DNA of 14,615 nucleotides from a virus (Duplodnaviria > Heunggongvirae > Uroviricota > Caudoviricetes): IMG/VR virus record IMGVR_UViG_2534681763_000008, one strand, 5' to 3'. Shown piece by piece: positions 1 to 8,059 of this stretch (position 1 is the first letter of the stretch; each line of letters starts with the position of its first letter). Made by a program: the position numbers and the translations under genes. The notes beneath the pieces are model-generated. The model saw only the letters and a program-made list of their open reading frames with translations, was not told where the DNA came from and did no database searches.

Positions 1-708
1 ATAATTACGGCTCACCTGCTGGCTGCCGAACTGCTCCGAGTCCACCTGCACGCCGACCAGTGCCGTGTTCGGGTAGCACTGTTTCACATCGATAATTTCG
101 GTGTATGACGACCAGAGCGTTTTGTTCTGCAGCTGGTCTGTGGTGCTGTCCGGCGTCATCCTGCGCATCCGGATATTAAACGGGCGCGGCGGCAGGTTAT
201 CCACCACCACCGAGGCCAGATACTGTGAAGTGGTTTTGCCCTTAATGGTGATGTCTTTTTCTGTCACCCAGCCACCGTTACGTTGTATCTGAACCAGCAG
301 GCGGACTTCCGATGGATTCCTGTCCCCCTTTGAGGTGGTTTCCACCAGTGCCTGCACGCCGAAAGTAAAACGCAGACGGTCGATGTTTGCAGACGTGATG
401 GTCCGGGTGATCGGCGTGTCATATTTCACTTCTGTACCGAGCACCGTCTCGGAGCCGGAGGATTCAAATCCCTCCGGCGGTGTCTGCTCCTGCTCACCGG
501 CCCGGAACACCACCGTGACGCCGGATATATTGGTATTCCCCTCACTGTCCAGCACCGGCGTACTGTTCAGCAGCACGCTTTTTAATCCATCCACCGGACC
601 TTCAATCGGCCCTTCACTGATGGCATCGATCACACTCAGCAGCTGCGTGGACTTCAGGTTATCCTTCGCTTCGCGCGGGGTATGCCCCTTACTGCTGCCT
701 TTACCCAT
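1..708 (-). CDS. J: Tail tip / host-specificity protein J, N-terminal 236 codons; 5' end of gene only, continues past window start
   Basis: Minus-strand ATG at 708..706 with GGAG 8 nt upstream; frame open to position 1 (708 nt = 236 codons). Translation begins MGKGSSKGHTPREAKDNLKSTQLLSVIDAISEGPIEGPVDGLKSVLLNSTPVLD, which I recognise as the lambda gpJ N-terminus. Not in the ORF track because there is no stop in the window. Confidence 0.85.
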   Translation of the reverse strand, partial: MGKGSSKGHTPREAKDNLKSTQLLSVIDAISEGPIEGPVDGLKSVLLNSTPVLDSEGNTNISGVTVVFRAGEQEQTPPEGFESSGSETVLGTEVKYDTPITRTITSANIDRLRFTFGVQALVETTSKGDRNPSEVRLLVQIQRNGGWVTEKDITIKGKTTSQYLASVVVDNLPPRPFNIRMRRMTPDSTTDQLQNKTLWSSYTEIIDVKQCYPNTALVGVQVDSEQFGSQQVSRNY

Positions 709-730
709 TCGTCATGCTCCATAAACGACA

Positions 731-750
731 AAACCGCCCGGAGGCGGTTT
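731..750 (-). terminator. Stem-loop in the I-J intergenic gap (AAACCGCC-CGGA-GGCGGTTT), T-rich tail on the minus strand; possible weak intrinsic terminator or RNA stabiliser
   Basis: Perfect 8-bp inverted repeat with 4-nt loop seen directly; on the minus strand it is followed by TGTCGTTTAT. Sits between I stop (771..769) and J start (708). Confidence 0.25.
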
Positions 751-768
751 CACATAAAACATTTTGCA

Positions 769-1411
769 TCAGCGACCAATCACCACAACCTGACCACCGT
801 CCCCTTCGTCTGCCGTGCTGATCTCCTGAGAAACCACCCGTGACCCCACGCGCATTTCACCGTACAGAACAGGCAGAACATTGCCCTGGGCAACCATGTT
901 ATCCAGTGAGGAAAAATAGGTGTTCTGTTTGCCGTTATCTGTACTGGCTGCCGTGGACGTCCTGGCTTTCGGTGCCAGCATCTGCGCCACACCGCCCAGG
1001 ATCATACTGGCACCGAGAGAAAACAGCAGATTACTCGCCATAATTCCTACCCACAGGGTTCCACCATGCCACCGCCATAACAGCCGCCCCCAGCACAGCC
1101 TGAAATACACCGCCACTTTTAGCTCCCGCCAGACGCGGCACGATATGGATCACGGCACCATTTGCCAGCGGCTCATTAAGACGGGCAGATAATTCGGTTT
1201 CACCTGCATCACGCCCGGCAATGCGCACCTGATACCAGCCGTCGCTCAGCTTCTGACGAAACGCCGGGATCTGTGTGGCCAGCGCCCGGATGGCTTCGGC
1301 CCCCGTTTTCACACGAAGGTCGATGCGGCGGCCAAATCGTTGCAAATCCCCGTAAAGGCAGATGCGTGCCATGCCCGGTGACGCCAGAGGGAGTGTGTGC
1401 GTCGCTGCCAT
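769..1411 (-). pseudogene. I: Tail assembly protein I homolog, split into two overlapping ORFs (1031..1411 and 769..1116) by a frameshift
   Basis: N-terminal ORF starts MAATHTLPLASPGMARICLYGDLQRFGRRIDLRVKTGAEAIRALATQ; C-terminal ORF ends LFSLGASMILGGVAQMLAPKA...GEMRVGSRVVSQEISTADEGDGGQVVVIGR. Both match lambda gpI as I recall it. End coordinates 1411 and 1116 are in different frames; the frame change falls near the GGG run at about 1050..1054. Confidence 0.75.
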
Positions 1412-2052
1412 TTGTCGGTATACCTCTCTCGTTTGCTCAGTTGTTCAGGAATATGGTGCAGCAGCTCGCCGTCACCACAGTAAATGGCGGCATGATTCGG
1501 CACCGATGAACCAAAACAGCACAGCAGCACATCGCCCGGCTGCGCCGCTGACAACGGCACCTGATACAGCCCTGTGGCCTCCAGATTATCCAGATAGAGA
1601 TTCTGACCGTGACGCCACCAGTCATCCCCGCGATGAAAATCCGGCATCTCAATCCCCGCCAGATGATAAGCATCCCGGAACAGCGTGTAACAGTCCGTCA
1701 CCCCGTGCTCAAAGCGCCGCCCGGTGAGATGCGGCACACAGCGGAATTTATGAATCGTCCCCCGGCAGACCAGCCACCACGGCAAATCACTCTGCACCTG
1801 CAGCCGCCGGTCGGCCTCACTCAGCCAGGGCAGACCACCGGGGTGGCTGTGGACCAGCGCCACAATCTCACCCTGCATTTCTGCCTGCAGCCAGTCCTCC
1901 GGCGACATCCGGAAATACGCCTCCGGCTCACCGGAGATATTCACGCAGGGAAAATATCTTTCCCCCTCCGGCGTTCTCACCACGAAGCCGCACGACTCCG
2001 CTGGCGCACATCGCCGGGCGTGCGCCAGAATCGCTGATTCTGTCTGTGTCAT
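1309..2052 (-). CDS. K: Tail assembly protein K (JAMM/MPN metalloprotease motif plus NlpC/P60-like C-terminal region)
   Basis: ORF 1309..2127; preferred start is the internal ATG at 2052..2050 (MTQTESAILAH...), just after the L stop. JAMM motif HSHPGGLPWLSEAD seen in the translation. Overlaps the I start by 103 nt. The lambda annotation, as I recall, uses a later Met (here about 1908) giving 199 aa. Confidence 0.85.
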   Translation of the reverse strand: MTQTESAILAHARRCAPAESCGFVVRTPEGERYFPCVNISGEPEAYFRMSPEDWLQAEMQGEIVALVHSHPGGLPWLSEADRRLQVQSDLPWWLVCRGTIHKFRCVPHLTGRRFEHGVTDCYTLFRDAYHLAGIEMPDFHRGDDWWRHGQNLYLDNLEATGLYQVPLSAAQPGDVLLCCFGSSVPNHAAIYCGDGELLHHIPEQLSKRERYTDKWQRRTHSLWRHRAWHASAFTGICNDLAAASTFV

Positions 2053-2056
2053 GGGA

Positions 2057-2752
2057 TTACTGCGAAAGTTTGTTAATGGAAAGGAAGCCGCCAAAGTTGC
2101 CGACGTTATTGCGAAACTTACAGCCACTCAGGCATTTGCTGCATTTATCCTTCGTGATATCGGACGTCGGCTGGTCATATTCATCCGCGACAGCCGGACC
2201 GCTATAACCGCACTCATCACCGCGATAGGTCCAGGTGCAGGTGTTGGCCAGCATGATACGTCCCGGAAAAACAGCGCCATCCGTTTCCGTCGGCGTGGAC
2301 AGTACAAAGGAGGCACTGACCGCGCTCAGTTCGCTGCACTGCTCGATGCGCCAGCGGCTGATCACCTCCTGCTCCGGATCGGCTCGCTGTTTCCGTTGAC
2401 GAAGTTCACCGCATCCAGAAAACGGGCGTAAACCTTACGCCGACCACCGTTCCGCCGACCAGACTCTGCAGTCTTCCGCCATCCCGGTGACCATGCCGTA
2501 CAGGTTAGAAACCGTCAGCGTCGGACGGGCAGCACTGCCCTTACCGTTCAGTTCAAATCCCGTCCCCTGAATGGGGTATGCCTGATACTGCCGCCCCTGC
2601 CAGGTGACCGGCTCACCTTTTTCGTTCTGCTCATTACAGAAAAAATAACGTTCACCACCGACCTCTGTCAGATCGATTTCCCAGAGCACCACCTGGGCTG
2701 ACTGAGTAAGGCGTGTCGTCTCATGATGTGTTTCCTGTGGAATATCCTGCAT
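2057..2752 (-). pseudogene. L: Minor tail protein L homolog, disrupted: two ORFs (2435..2752 and 2057..2365) separated by a region readable only by changing frame twice
   Basis: N-terminal ORF MQDIPQETHHETTRLTQSAQVVLWEIDLTEVGGERYFFCNEQNEKGEPVTWQGRQYQ... and C-terminal ORF ISRWRIEQCSELSAVSASFVLSTPTETDGAVFPGRIMLANTCTWTYRGDECGYSGP...FLSINKLSQ match lambda gpL. Between them QSLVGGTVV and RKVYARFLDAVNFVNGNS are encoded in the other two frames. In-frame TAA at 2437..2435. Confidence 0.8.
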
Positions 2753-2761
2753 CAGGGCCTC

Positions 2762-3091
2762 CTATGCCACGACCTGTTCAAAATCTGCCGTTATGGTTAC
2801 CCACAGCGCCCCCACGCTTGCCGACCATTTACGACAAACCACCCTGATCGGCTTCCAGTCATAAGGTGGCGTCCACTGAAATGCGCGGACGCCACCGTGC
2901 CGTTCCAGAAAGGCTTTCAAAGATGGGTGTTCACATTTACGAACACGTATCGTCACGCTGTAAGTCGACAACTGGTTATTCAGTCCCGCCGCACGACGCT
3001 GTTCATAACCATCGCCCAGCTTCACTGTCACCACTTTCGGCTCTGATACCACATTCATATCCGGGCGCACTTTCCAGTGAAACGTCTCCAT
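2762..3091 (-). CDS. M: Minor tail protein M
   Basis: 109 aa, METFHWKVRPDMNVVSEPKVVTVKLGDGYEQRRAAGLNNQLSTYSV...FEQVVA; same length and pattern as lambda gpM. Start ATG shares its A with the H stop (TAATG at 3093..3089). Confidence 0.9.
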   Translation of the reverse strand: METFHWKVRPDMNVVSEPKVVTVKLGDGYEQRRAAGLNNQLSTYSVTIRVRKCEHPSLKAFLERHGGVRAFQWTPPYDWKPIRVVCRKWSASVGALWVTITADFEQVVA

Positions 3092-6000
3092 TACCGATAT
3101 GCTCCACTTAACCGACCACCATCACGGGCCTGCTGTTGCATAAAGTCCGCTGCCGCTTTTTTCCCAAGGTCATAAACCACCTTCAGGGCAGCCGGACCTA
3201 TCTGCCCGTTCGTGCCATCGTTATTGATCTCGATGTTGTACTGCGGGGCAAACATCGCCATACCTGAACCACCAATATCCGCCACAACCCCCAGCTTACC
3301 GTCAGCACCACGACGCAGTGGCAGAATGGCTTCAGGTCCAGCTTCCCCCATCACACCCGCGCCTTTTGCAAAAGCAAAAAACGTCGGACGGTTAACCACC
3401 GTGCCACTGTAGCGACTCAAATCAGCCGACTGATAAACACCGCCATCAGCATTGGCTACAAAATCAAAAGGCAGCGCGGAAGCAATACCTTTTACCGCTT
3501 TCATTAAAGCTATCTGAGCCATGATTCTGGACATATCTGACAGCACAGAAGAGGTGAAGGATTTGAAATTGAGTTTGCCTGTAGTACAGAATGTCGCCAG
3601 CCAGTCACTCATGCTACTGAACGCAGACGTGAACAACTGTTCCACTGTCCCGGCTGTGTTATCCGCTTTCTCAGTGACATTCTGGAGTGCACGCAGGACT
3701 CCGTTTTTCCAGTCACCCTGAGCAATTTCAAGCTGTTGCCAATAACGGCGATTCTCATTCAGTTGTCGGTTCAGGCTCTCCGTCAGCGCCTGCTCGGCCT
3801 TTCTGTAGTCATCCGTGTTATATGTTCCTTTCTGCTCACTATCCCGCCTCAACTGCTCCAGCTGTTGCTGGTATTTCTGGCGAAGACTCAGTTGTACCTG
3901 ATATCGCTGCCGCTGCTGATCACCCATACCCACCGTGGCGATATCCAGGTCATGTTGCTGGCGCTGAGCGCGCTCTTCTTCAGCCAGTTGACTGGTCAGC
4001 TGAATTGTTTTTTTCTTCAGATCGTTGAGTGCCGTCTGTTTCTGAAGCTCCTGCTGTTTTACATCCAGCAGCGTCAGTGCCTGAATCAGTTCATCTTTAC
4101 GGGCCAGCACACTCTTTTCATCTGCCGTCAGTTTTTTCCCGTCCAGATCGCTGATGCGCTGCTGCAGAGCCAGAAGCTGTTTATGCGCTTCTGTCATCCT
4201 GTCAGTGGCAATGCCTGCTGACTGTCTTGCAGCAGCAATCTGTCCTTCCACCTGTGCCTGTTGCTGACTGTACTGCAGCAATAACCGGGTGGCCTCATCA
4301 TTACGGGTTTCGCGTGTTTTTTTCTTACCGGATGCCAGGGCTTTCTCGTAACGTTCATTTTCACGTTGTATCGCCGCATCCCTGACAGCCTGATCGGCGT
4401 ACTGCATGGCATTAATACGCGCAATTTCACGCTGATGTCGTGCTGCTTCCGTTTCATTCATCCGGTTCAGTGCAGCATTTTCAGCATTACGGCGTTTCTG
4501 TTGCTCCTGATAATTCCGCTCTGCCTGCTCTTTTGCATCCTGCAAATCCTTCTGGCGTTTTTTCTCCTGAAGCTCGTTAAGACGCTGCTGATCGTACTCA
4601 ACCTGAGAAGATGATGCCGTCCAGGGGAGTCTTTTCGCCCGCGACACTTTCTCCTGTAAAGCGGAAATCTGTTCATCCAGCGAGTCTTCACGACCAATAT
4701 TCATGGCCGCATCCCAGAAACGACTCCATAAATCAGACAGATACTTCAGCGTACTGCCCAGCGCATTGAGGTTATTATCAATATCCGCAGTACGCCGACC
4801 GGTTTCCTCTGCCAGTGCAGACATGGCTATCCGTGCCGCATCACTGGACCGCCCCTGTTCCCCAAGGACGCGTATCTGCTCAAGCTGAGTGGCAGTAAGA
4901 AAATGCAGCTCATTGTCCAGAGCCTTCGCGGCATTTACAGGATCATCCTTCAGCCGCTTAAACTGACTTATGGTATCGCTGACCGACTGGCCAACCGATC
5001 GCTCCATCTGTGCGGCAGCTCTCGCCACCATACCGATATCGTTTCCACGAAATGCACCACTCCCCACCACCTGAGCCAGCGCACCGGCTGCAGCATGTTG
5101 CGTGATACCATTCCCGGAAATAGCACGACTGAGCGTCCACAGCTGCCCGGCAGTGACTCCGGCATAATGCCCCGTCAGCGACAACTGGCGGTTAAATTCT
5201 TCCCCCTCCTTCTGACCGTCATACCAGGCTTTACCCAGACCATAGACGGCCGCGGCAATACCGCCAATAACCCCGCCCAGCATCATGCCTTTCGGTGACA
5301 TCAGTGTGTCTATCCATCCGGCACGGTTAGCCAGCGTTATCCCGGATCCCCTCAGCGCACCTAAATTGCCGCGAGCCAGTTCACCTATCAGAACGCCTAT
5401 CTCCTGGCGGGCCGCTGCACTTTTCAGACCCAGCGAATGCGTGGCTTTTCCTGCCTGCTCCATTTTGCGGATATACACTTCTGCAGCACTGCTTACCCCC
5501 AGCTGGGCAGCCTTAGCACGAAGCAACTCAGAAGAAGAAAGATTCTGGCGGGTTGCCTGCTCTTTAAGCTGACGGATAAACGCCACTTTCTGTCGGGTAG
5601 CCTCTTCCTCAGCCTGTGTAAGAACACGGGTTTTCGCCGTAACCTCAGAAATCAGCGCCAGATAATCCTGCTGACCAATCCCGCCACTGTTTCTGGCCTG
5701 TCGGATCTGCTGCTGAATACGCTGTAATTCCTGCAGCCCCGCACTGGCCTGTTTCACACTGTCAATCTGACGATAAAACGCAGCAGCCGCTTTATCCTGA
5801 GCCTCCGCCAGAGCCATGGCCTGCGCCTGTTCATCGCGCATTTTCTGGCTCAGCGCCTCCATGCGCTGGCGGGTTTTCTCCACCTCGCGGGCCATGCGTT
5901 CATGAGCCTGTGCGTTCTTCTCCACCGTCTGCGCATGGACGGAGGCGGCTGTTGCAGCCGAAGAAGCCGCCTGCGTTGTCTGCCGGGCGGCCTGAGTCTG

Positions 6001-6147
6001 ACGCTCCATAAAACGCTGCATACGGGCAGAAGACCGTTCTGCATCGCTGGCGGCACCATTCAGAAGGTTTTTGATACGGGGAATTTCATTTTTAAACTCT
6101 GCCGCATCAATCCCCAAATCAATGACCAGGTTGGCTATCTGGTCCAT
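3091..6147 (-). CDS. H: Tail tape measure protein (lambda gpH-like C-terminus)
   Basis: ORF 3091..6177; preferred start ATG at 6147..6145 (MDQIANLVIDLG...) with GGAGGT 7 nt upstream. Long Q/E/R/A-rich coiled-coil-like middle, hydrophobic segment MMLGGVIGGIAAAVYGL, C-terminus INNDGTNGQIGPAALKVVYDL...DGGRLSG as in lambda gpH. About 1018 aa. Confidence 0.9.
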   Translation of the reverse strand: MDQIANLVIDLGIDAAEFKNEIPRIKNLLNGAASDAERSSARMQRFMERQTQAARQTTQAASSAATAASVHAQTVEKNAQAHERMAREVEKTRQRMEALSQKMRDEQAQAMALAEAQDKAAAAFYRQIDSVKQASAGLQELQRIQQQIRQARNSGGIGQQDYLALISEVTAKTRVLTQAEEEATRQKVAFIRQLKEQATRQNLSSSELLRAKAAQLGVSSAAEVYIRKMEQAGKATHSLGLKSAAARQEIGVLIGELARGNLGALRGSGITLANRAGWIDTLMSPKGMMLGGVIGGIAAAVYGLGKAWYDGQKEGEEFNRQLSLTGHYAGVTAGQLWTLSRAISGNGITQHAAAGALAQVVGSGAFRGNDIGMVARAAAQMERSVGQSVSDTISQFKRLKDDPVNAAKALDNELHFLTATQLEQIRVLGEQGRSSDAARIAMSALAEETGRRTADIDNNLNALGSTLKYLSDLWSRFWDAAMNIGREDSLDEQISALQEKVSRAKRLPWTASSSQVEYDQQRLNELQEKKRQKDLQDAKEQAERNYQEQQKRRNAENAALNRMNETEAARHQREIARINAMQYADQAVRDAAIQRENERYEKALASGKKKTRETRNDEATRLLLQYSQQQAQVEGQIAAARQSAGIATDRMTEAHKQLLALQQRISDLDGKKLTADEKSVLARKDELIQALTLLDVKQQELQKQTALNDLKKKTIQLTSQLAEEERAQRQQHDLDIATVGMGDQQRQRYQVQLSLRQKYQQQLEQLRRDSEQKGTYNTDDYRKAEQALTESLNRQLNENRRYWQQLEIAQGDWKNGVLRALQNVTEKADNTAGTVEQLFTSAFSSMSDWLATFCTTGKLNFKSFTSSVLSDMSRIMAQIALMKAVKGIASALPFDFVANADGGVYQSADLSRYSGTVVNRPTFFAFAKGAGVMGEAGPEAILPLRRGADGKLGVVADIGGSGMAMFAPQYNIEINNDGTNGQIGPAALKVVYDLGKKAAADFMQQQARDGGRLSGAYR

Positions 6148-6448
6148 AACGCACACCTCCGGAAATACCTTCTCCAAGATGCATCAGTTCTTCGTCCGTT
6201 CGCTCCGGTATCCCGTTCTCTTCCGGTAAAAGGCTGAAATCAGCCACCGCAGCATCACTGCTGCCGGACACCATTCTCACGATCAATGCCTTCAGCGAGG
6301 CAAACTGCGCATCCATCCACACATCACTGAAGCTCTGCATCCGGAAATAATCGCCCCACTCACCAAGCTCAGTGGCCGACATTTCCGACAGCATCCGCCG
6401 CCAGTCTGCCCGCCGGAACTCCCGGGCAAGCCGCATGACAAACTGCAT
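6119..6448 (-). CDS. T: T portion of tail assembly chaperone G-T (expected to be made as a G-T fusion by -1 frameshifting)
   Basis: ORF in the -1 frame relative to G, immediately downstream. The T frame is open upstream of its ATG back to 6481, overlapping the last 8 codons of G. Gene order V-G-T-H as in lambda. Confidence 0.75.
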   Translation of the reverse strand: MQFVMRLAREFRRADWRRMLSEMSATELGEWGDYFRMQSFSDVWMDAQFASLKALIVRMVSGSSDAAVADFSLLPEENGIPERTDEELMHLGEGISGGVRYGPDSQPGH

Positions 6449-6456
6449 TTCCCGCG

Positions 6457-6843
6457 TCAGGACTTTTCCGGCGTCAGCGCCTCATGCTCATCATCCCCGG
6501 CATTATCAATGGCCCCCATACCGCTCAGCGACAGAACCATCTCCGCCCCCGCACCCAGGGCATCATACGACCATGTTGTAATAACGGATGCGCAAAGCGT
6601 CTCTACATCCTTAGACTGATCCGCATTCCACAGTGAGCGGGAAACCAGCCAGGCATTGATATCCATCCCCATCCGCAGAAAAGCAATCTGTCGTTCAGCC
6701 TCCGGCAGTTCTCCCTCCCCGGCATCAAACTTTGCCGTTCGCTGCTGAACAAACGCCAGATATTCAATTCTCTGCAGCCCGGACAGCTCACTGAGCACCA
6801 CGGACTGTTTTTCATAATTAAACGTGCCCTGTTTCAGAAACAT
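6457..6843 (-). CDS. G: Tail assembly chaperone G
   Basis: ORF 6457..6885; preferred start is the second of two tandem ATGs (6846 and 6843), giving MFLKQGTFNYEKQSVVLSELSGLQRIEYLA..., like lambda gpG MFLK...LSELSALQRIEHLA. GGTGGAG upstream. Confidence 0.85.
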   Translation of the reverse strand: MFLKQGTFNYEKQSVVLSELSGLQRIEYLAFVQQRTAKFDAGEGELPEAERQIAFLRMGMDINAWLVSRSLWNADQSKDVETLCASVITTWSYDALGAGAEMVLSLSGMGAIDNAGDDEHEALTPEKS

Positions 6844-6859
6844 CATGTTCTCCACCTGC

Positions 6860-6883
6860 AAAAAAGCCCCGGATAACCGGGGC
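6860..6883 (-). terminator. Intrinsic-terminator-like hairpin between V and G: GCCCCGG-TTAT-CCGGGGC followed by TTTTTT on the minus strand
   Basis: Perfect 7-bp GC stem (6866..6872 / 6877..6883) with 4-nt loop and a 6-nt T run (6865..6860) on the transcribed strand, 14 nt before the G start region. Confidence 0.5.
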
Positions 6884-6903
6884 AAATGATGAGTATCGTC
6901 CTG

Positions 6904-7647
6904 TTAACCTGCGGCGCTGACAGCCACCGTAGCCACTGCCACAAAATCGCCGTCAGAAGTCATGCCCACAATGCTGACACTGCCCTGCTTCACGCCTTTC
7001 ACCGTGGCCACAAGCCCGTTCAGGGTCACCGTGGCAGTCTGTGGATCTGTCGAATGCACACTGATCGCTTTGTCACTGGCTCCGTCAGGTTTTACTGTAA
7101 AGGTCAGCGTGGTGGTTGCTCCCACTTTTACACTGGCAGATGCCGGTGCCACCGTCAGCCCGGTAACGCCCACGGTTTCAGTGCCTTCCTCTGCCAGATA
7201 CGGACGCCCCACACCGCTGATTTTCACGGTGCGGGTCATCACGTCTTTTGAGGCAATGGTTTTACCCAGTGAACTCAGCCAGCCACGGAAAACATCAACA
7301 GTACCGTTGGGATATTTGATACGAAACGCGCAGACTTCACCGGAGTCGAACAACTGAACCAGTTTTTTCTGCCCGCTGTCCCCCGGACGCCAGGCCAGCG
7401 TCGCCGAAGTATCACCGACGGATTTCTGCCCCTGGGTTGTCGTTTTCCAGTCTGCATCTTCATCATCGAGATAAGTGTCATCTTCTGCATCAGCGGTCAT
7501 TTCGCCAGGTTGCAGATCCTTCACCATCGCAAGACGCAACCAGTCAGTGTCCGACAAAGGGTTCGCAAACGCATCGCCGTTGCCGGTATACATCCAGAAC
7601 GTCGTTCCCGCACCTTTCGTTTTTGCCAGTGGATTTGGTGTGGTCAT
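6904..7647 (-). CDS. V: Major tail protein V, with C-terminal Ig-like region
   Basis: ORF 6904..7722; preferred start ATG 7647..7645 (MTTPNPLAKTKGAGTTFWMYTGNGDAFANPLSDTDWLRLAMVKDLQPGEMTA...) with AGGAGG upstream; matches lambda gpV. 247 aa. Confidence 0.9.
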   Translation of the reverse strand: MTTPNPLAKTKGAGTTFWMYTGNGDAFANPLSDTDWLRLAMVKDLQPGEMTADAEDDTYLDDEDADWKTTTQGQKSVGDTSATLAWRPGDSGQKKLVQLFDSGEVCAFRIKYPNGTVDVFRGWLSSLGKTIASKDVMTRTVKISGVGRPYLAEEGTETVGVTGLTVAPASASVKVGATTTLTFTVKPDGASDKAISVHSTDPQTATVTLNGLVATVKGVKQGSVSIVGMTSDGDFVAVATVAVSAAG

Positions 7648-7657
7648 TACCACCTCC

Positions 7658-8059
7658 TTAATTCGTGTACGTGATCTGGTACGTGATTTCCGCCATCGCC
7701 CAGGTGGCCATCTCATTATCACGTTGATAGTTAAAACCGAGTGGGATCAGGGTGTCGATGAGTCCGGAAAGTGCCGGTATATCATTCAGGGCCGGGAAAA
7801 TGGTGCTCTCCATCCACATATCCAGCTCTGAATCCGGTGCCTGTGCCCGGATGAAGACAGCAATATGCAGAACAGCCTGCCAGTCATCTTCATCCGTCAT
7901 TTTTCCGGTGTACTGAGCATCACTCAGCCACACTGCCACGGCAGGCAGTTCCTGCGCATCAACAAATGCCGGAAGCCCGTCAAAAAACGTGGCGCTGTCT
8001 CCACACTGTTTCCGAAGGCGTGCTAGTACGACCTGGCGGATTTGTGTATGTCGGTTCAT
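7658..8059 (-). CDS. U: Minor tail protein U (tail terminator)
   Basis: ORF 7658..8071; MNRHTQIRQVVLARL...ATFFDGLPAFVDAQELPAVAVWLSDAQYTG...DSELDMWMEST...IPALSGLIDT matches lambda gpU. Preferred start ATG 8059..8057 overlaps the Z stop (ATGA); alternative start at 8071. Confidence 0.85.
   Translation of the reverse strand: MNRHTQIRQVVLARLRKQCGDSATFFDGLPAFVDAQELPAVAVWLSDAQYTGKMTDEDDWQAVLHIAVFIRAQAPDSELDMWMESTIFPALNDIPALSGLIDTLIPLGFNYQRDNEMATWAMAEITYQITYTN

Noticed and set aside
335-724. Plus-strand 129-aa ORF
   Set aside because: Lies antisense to the J coding region, whose minus-strand translation matches lambda gpJ; low-complexity S/P/T-rich translation typical of a shadow ORF.
780-992. Minus-strand 70-aa ORF, and plus-strand ORFs 840..1043 and 920..1192
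   Set aside because: Alternative frames within the I gene; the lambda-like I translation occupies the other frame.
1609-2037. Plus-strand 142-aa ORF
   Set aside because: Antisense to the K gene; no ribosome-binding site or recognisable domain; shadow ORF.
3736-4221. Plus-strand 161-aa ORF, and other plus-strand ORFs inside 3091..6177
   Set aside because: All lie antisense to the tape measure gene; Leu/Gln-rich translations are the mirror of the coiled-coil codons.
6446-6460. GGGAAAT just after the G stop as the lambda-like slippery site
   Set aside because: It lies downstream of the in-frame TGA of G, so ribosomes translating G would not reach it; the shift must occur upstream, within 6460..6481.
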